Of a stretch of 64,000 bases of DNA, positions 58,497 to 64,000 are shown piece by piece; within the stretch, counting starts at the first letter, position 1, and each line of letters begins with the position of its first letter. Both the position numbers and the translations under genes were made by a program. The stretch is from an uncultured Mollicutes bacterium (GTDB lineage Bacteria; Bacillota_I; Bacilli_A; RF39; UBA660): the NCBI GenBank assembly GCA_947652375.1, contig CANTCS010000001.1:132976-196975 (forward strand). Reading direction: 5' to 3'. The notes beneath the pieces are model-generated. The model searched no databases, had not been told where the DNA came from, and was given only the letters and a program-made list of their open reading frames with translations.

Positions 58497-58943
58497 ATGA
58501 AATATGAAATAAGTAAGGGTACTTTAGCAGTAGTACCAAATGAATGTAGTAGCAGTTTAATTTATGAGGATGAAAGTAGATATGTCATTGACGAAAACCC
58601 TTTCAAAATTATGGATGATAGCTGTAAATATTTTGGAAGTACATATGAAGGTAGAAAAAATGGAGCTAGGGATATACTGGGAGCAGAATACAAAGTTCCA
58701 ATAGTCATTGAAGATTCAGATAATTTAATTGTATTTCCAACTACTTCTCCATCTTCTGATGATTGTGCTTGGATTACTTTAAAAAGAGTAAAAAAACTAG
58801 AGAAAATTGATTCTTGTAATACAAAGATAATTTTTGATAATAATGTGGAAATTATTGTTCCATCTTCATTTAGGTCAATGGAAAATCAACTTTCAAGAGC
58901 ATCGAGATTAGATTTAATTTTGAGAAATCATAAAAATAGTTAA
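58497..58943 (+). CDS. ComK-family protein (short, N-terminal domain only) in the usual yaaA slot between dnaN and recF
   Basis: YEISKGTLAVVPNE / IMDDSCKYFGSTYEGRKNGA / KVPIVIEDSDNLIVFPTTSPSSDDCAWITLKRV / SFRSMENQLSRASRL align block-by-block with B. subtilis ComK (as recalled from memory). Lacks the ~45 C-terminal residues. Confidence 0.6.
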   Translation: MKYEISKGTLAVVPNECSSSLIYEDESRYVIDENPFKIMDDSCKYFGSTYEGRKNGARDILGAEYKVPIVIEDSDNLIVFPTTSPSSDDCAWITLKRVKKLEKIDSCNTKIIFDNNVEIIVPSSFRSMENQLSRASRLDLILRNHKNS

Positions 58944-59057
58944 AAATAACTATTTTTTTATGTTTTTAAGCTCATTTTGTGATATAATTGATGTGTATGT
59001 ATAGGAATACTGAGATTAGGGGATAGGTGATTATATGAGTCTTTTTGATATCTTTAA

Positions 59058-60170
59058 ATGAAAATTAATAAAATAAACCTACTTAGTTTTAGAAATTATT
59101 CTAAATTATCAGTTTCTTTGGGAAAAAACATGAATATTTTTGTGGGAGATAATGCTCAGGGAAAAACAAATATTTTAGAAGCCATTACTATATTAGCTTT
59201 AACTAAGTCTCATAGAATAGGTAATAATCCTAATATTATTATGTTTGGTCGCAATAAATGTAAAATAAACGGAGTTATAAAAAGCGATAAAATTATTTCT
59301 AATTTAGAAGTAGAAATTATTGATGATTTAAAAAAATTAAGAATAAATAAAACTGATATAAAAAAAGTATCTGATTATATATCACATTTAAATATAATAG
59401 TTTTTACTCCTGATGATTTAGAAATAATTAAAGGTTCACCTAATATACGAAGAAATCTTTTAAATATTCAGTTATCGCAATTAGATCATGATTATATAAA
59501 ATATTATAATGAATATAATAAATTATTAAAAACAAGGAATGAATATTTAAAAATACTTTTTAATAATAGTATTGCTGATAATAATTATTTAGATATAATT
59601 ACTGATAAATTAATAGAAAAGGCAATATTTATTTATCAAAAAAGAAAAAAGTATATTGATTTTATAAATATGAATATTAATGAATGTTTTCATGCTATTT
59701 CTAAGGAAAGAGGATTATATATCAAATATAATACTAATATTAATTTAGAAAACTTTGATTATGAAAGTATTCGAAAAAAGTTAAAACATTTTTATAAAAA
59801 AAATTATATGAAAGAACTTAATTATGGTATGACTATATATGGTCCTCATAGAGATGACTTTAATTTTGAATTTAATGATAAAGATTTAAAAATATTTGGT
59901 TCCCAGGGACAACAAAAGTTGGCAATTTTGTCTTTTAAATTATCTGAAATTCCAATATTTAAAGAATATTGTGGTACTGAACCAGTTTTATTACTTGATG
60001 ATATTTTTAGTGAATTGGATATAAAAAAGAGAAATAAATTGTTAAAAATAATAAATTTGGATAATCTTCAATGTATTATTACAACAACTGATTTAAAAAA
60101 TATTAATAAAAAATATATTGAAAATGCAACAATTTTCAATGTTAAAAATGGAAATATAGAAAGAAAGTAG
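59058..60170 (+). CDS. recF: DNA replication and repair protein RecF
   Basis: Walker A GDNAQGKTNILEAI. SMC-like signature and D-loop near the C-terminus. Confidence 0.93.
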   Translation: MKINKINLLSFRNYSKLSVSLGKNMNIFVGDNAQGKTNILEAITILALTKSHRIGNNPNIIMFGRNKCKINGVIKSDKIISNLEVEIIDDLKKLRINKTDIKKVSDYISHLNIIVFTPDDLEIIKGSPNIRRNLLNIQLSQLDHDYIKYYNEYNKLLKTRNEYLKILFNNSIADNNYLDIITDKLIEKAIFIYQKRKKYIDFINMNINECFHAISKERGLYIKYNTNINLENFDYESIRKKLKHFYKKNYMKELNYGMTIYGPHRDDFNFEFNDKDLKIFGSQGQQKLAILSFKLSEIPIFKEYCGTEPVLLLDDIFSELDIKKRNKLLKIINLDNLQCIITTTDLKNINKKYIENATIFNVKNGNIERK

Positions 60171-62102
<1,932 letters not shown>

Positions 62103-62115
62103 GGAGGTTTATTAA

Positions 62116-64000
62116 ATGGATAGATTAGAAAATAATAATATTGTAAAAGAAGTTCAGGATTCATTTTTGGATTATTCTATGAGTGTTATAACAGCTCGTG
62201 CAATTCCTGATTTAAGAGATGGTTTAAAGCCTGTTCATCGTAGAATTTTGTATTCTATGTATGAATCTGGTTATACTCCTGATAAGCCTCATAGAAAGAG
62301 TGCTAAAACTGTTGGTGAAGTTATGGGTAACTATCATCCACATGGTGATTCTTCTATATATGAAGCAATGGTTCGTATGGCACAAGATTTTTCTTATAGA
62401 TATATGTTAATCGATGGTCATGGAAACTTTGGTAATATTGAGGGTGATGGAGCAGCCGCAATGCGTTATACTGAGTCTCGATTATCTAAGATTTCTCTTG
62501 AATTACTTAAAAATATTAACAAAAATACTGTTGATTTTACACCAAACTTTGATGAAAGTGAAAAAGAACCTGTTGTTTTACCTTCAAGATTTCCAAATAT
62601 TCTTGTTAATGGTACAACTGGAATAGCTGTTGGTATGGCTACTAATATACCTCCTCATAATTTGAGTGAAGTTATTGATGGATGTGTTGCTTACATTGAT
62701 AATCCTGATATTGAACTTGATGGATTAATGCAGCATATTAAAGGTCCCGATTTTCCTACTGGAGCTACTATTTTAGGTAATAGTGGTATTAGAAAGGCTT
62801 ATGAAACGGGTAGAGGAAGCATTACTATTAGAAGTAAGGCTCAAATTGAAGAGAAGTCTGGTAAACAATATATAATAATTGATGAAGTACCTTATGGTGT
62901 TAATACTTTGGAACTTAAAAATAAGGTTGCTGAATTAGTTCATAATAAAACAATTGAAGGAATTGCTGATTATCATTCTGATTTAAAGAATGGTATTAAG
63001 ATTACAATTACTTTAAAAAGAGATGCAAATGCGCAAGTAGTTTTAAATAAGTTATATAAACATACTTCATTACAAACTACTTATGGAATTATTTTCTTGA
63101 TGCTAGATCAGGGTGTTCCTAAAACATTAGGTCTTAAGGATATTATTGTTAAATATATAGATTATCAAAAGGAAGTTATTATTCGTAGAACAAGGTTTGA
63201 TTTAGAAGTTGCTGAAAAGCGTGTTCATATTTTAGAAGGTTTGAAGATTGCTCTTGATAATATAGATGCTGTTATAAAATTAATTAGAGGTTCTAAGAGT
63301 GATGAAGAAGCTAGAAATGGATTAATGAATGGATTTAAATTATCAGAAATTCAAGCTAATGCAATTTTAGAGATGAGATTACGTCGTTTAACAGGTTTAG
63401 AGCGCGAAAAAATAGAAAATGAACTAAATGACTTACTAAAGACAATTGCAGATTTAAAGGCTATTTTAGCTAGTGATGAGAAGATATTAGAAGTAATAAA
63501 AAATGAATTGCTAGAGATTAAACAAAAATTTGGTGATGAGAGACGTACTAATATAGATATGACTGCTATTGAATTTATCGAGGATGAGTCTTTAATTCCT
63601 GAGGAAGAAATAATTGTTAATTTAACAAAAAATGGTTATATAAAAAGATTAAGAACTGATACTTATAAAACTCAAAATCGTGGTGGAGTAGGTATTAAGG
63701 GAATGTCTACTAATGAAGAGGATTTTGTAGAACATCTAATTTCTATGAGTACTCATGATTATATTTTATTCTTCTCTAATTTAGGAAGAGTTTATAGAAT
63801 GAAAGGTTATGAAATTCCAGAATTTTCTAGACAATCTAAAGGTTTACCTATTATTAATTTATTGGCATTAGATAAAAACGAAAACATTAGTTCGATAATC
63901 AGTATTAAAACTAATGATGATTCTACTAAATATTTAATGTTTGCAACCCGTAATGGTATTGTTAAACGTACTCCTATTGAAGAGTTTGATAATATTAGAA
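62116..64000 (+). CDS. gyrA: DNA gyrase subunit A (5' partial, runs off the window end)
   Basis: RBS AGGAGG, ATG at 62116. ...[22 protein letters not shown]...[18 protein letters not shown]... Catalytic Tyr region present. Confidence 0.95.
   Translation, partial: MDRLENNNIVKEVQDSFLDYSMSVITARAIPDLRDGLKPVHRRILYSMYESGYTPDKPHRKSAKTVGEVMGNYHPHGDSSIYEAMVRMAQDFSYRYMLIDGHGNFGNIEGDGAAAMRYTESRLSKISLELLKNINKNTVDFTPNFDESEKEPVVLPSRFPNILVNGTTGIAVGMATNIPPHNLSEVIDGCVAYIDNPDIELDGLMQHIKGPDFPTGATILGNSGIRKAYETGRGSITIRSKAQIEEKSGKQYIIIDEVPYGVNTLELKNKVAELVHNKTIEGIADYHSDLKNGIKITITLKRDANAQVVLNKLYKHTSLQTTYGIIFLMLDQGVPKTLGLKDIIVKYIDYQKEVIIRRTRFDLEVAEKRVHILEGLKIALDNIDAVIKLIRGSKSDEEARNGLMNGFKLSEIQANAILEMRLRRLTGLEREKIENELNDLLKTIADLKAILASDEKILEVIKNELLEIKQKFGDERRTNIDMTAIEFIEDESLIPEEEIIVNLTKNGYIKRLRTDTYKTQNRGGVGIKGMSTNEEDFVEHLISMSTHDYILFFSNLGRVYRMKGYEIPEFSRQSKGLPIINLLALDKNENISSIISIKTNDDSTKYLMFATRNGIVKRTPIEEFDNIR

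Noticed and set aside
62414-62626. 70-aa plus-strand ORF
   Set aside because: Alternative frame inside gyrA. The true gyrA frame is open to the window end.

Overview
Very AT-rich (roughly 27-30% GC) chromosomal window from a low-GC Firmicute. The spoIIR, rpoE (RNA polymerase delta), comK-like and Bacillus-like origin synteny suggest a spore-forming Bacilli- or Erysipelotrichia-like organism. It spans the replication-origin region. On the minus strand: rpmH-rnpA-yidC-jag-(hyp)-mnmE-mnmG-rsmG-(transglutaminase-like)-noc-like-parA-parB-mscS-DUF951-abgT-...-ychF-...-rpsF-ssb-rpsR-DHH-rplI-dnaB. On the plus strand: dnaA-dnaN-(comK-like)-recF-gyrB-gyrA(partial). DnaA-box clusters (TTTTCCACA variant) flank dnaA, giving a bipartite oriC. 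Further left sits a housekeeping block (LysM-M23 peptidase, walJ-like, rlmH, ung, pta, lemA, class A PBP, DUF1934-argS, rpoE, prfA-(Zn-ribbon)-prmC, spoIIR, mntP-like, fba, murA, SGNH, rpmE, rpiB, M23 peptidase, mreB, tagO/mraY-family, orphan LytTR regulator, csp, hpf, secA). The most notable feature is a ~6 kb integrative element (about 1424..7413) inserted at the 3' end of secA and flanked by a 9-bp perfect direct repeat TTACCACAA. It encodes a tyrosine integrase, a RepA_N-type initiator and an XRE-like regulator. Its cargo is a MazF-like toxin with a non-canonical Cys-rich upstream partner, and an overlapping membrane-protein/cold-shock-domain/ArpU-like module. Repeated 16-bp operator-like motifs lie in its intergenic regions. 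rpmH appears frameshifted. No rRNA, tRNA or CRISPR were recognised.
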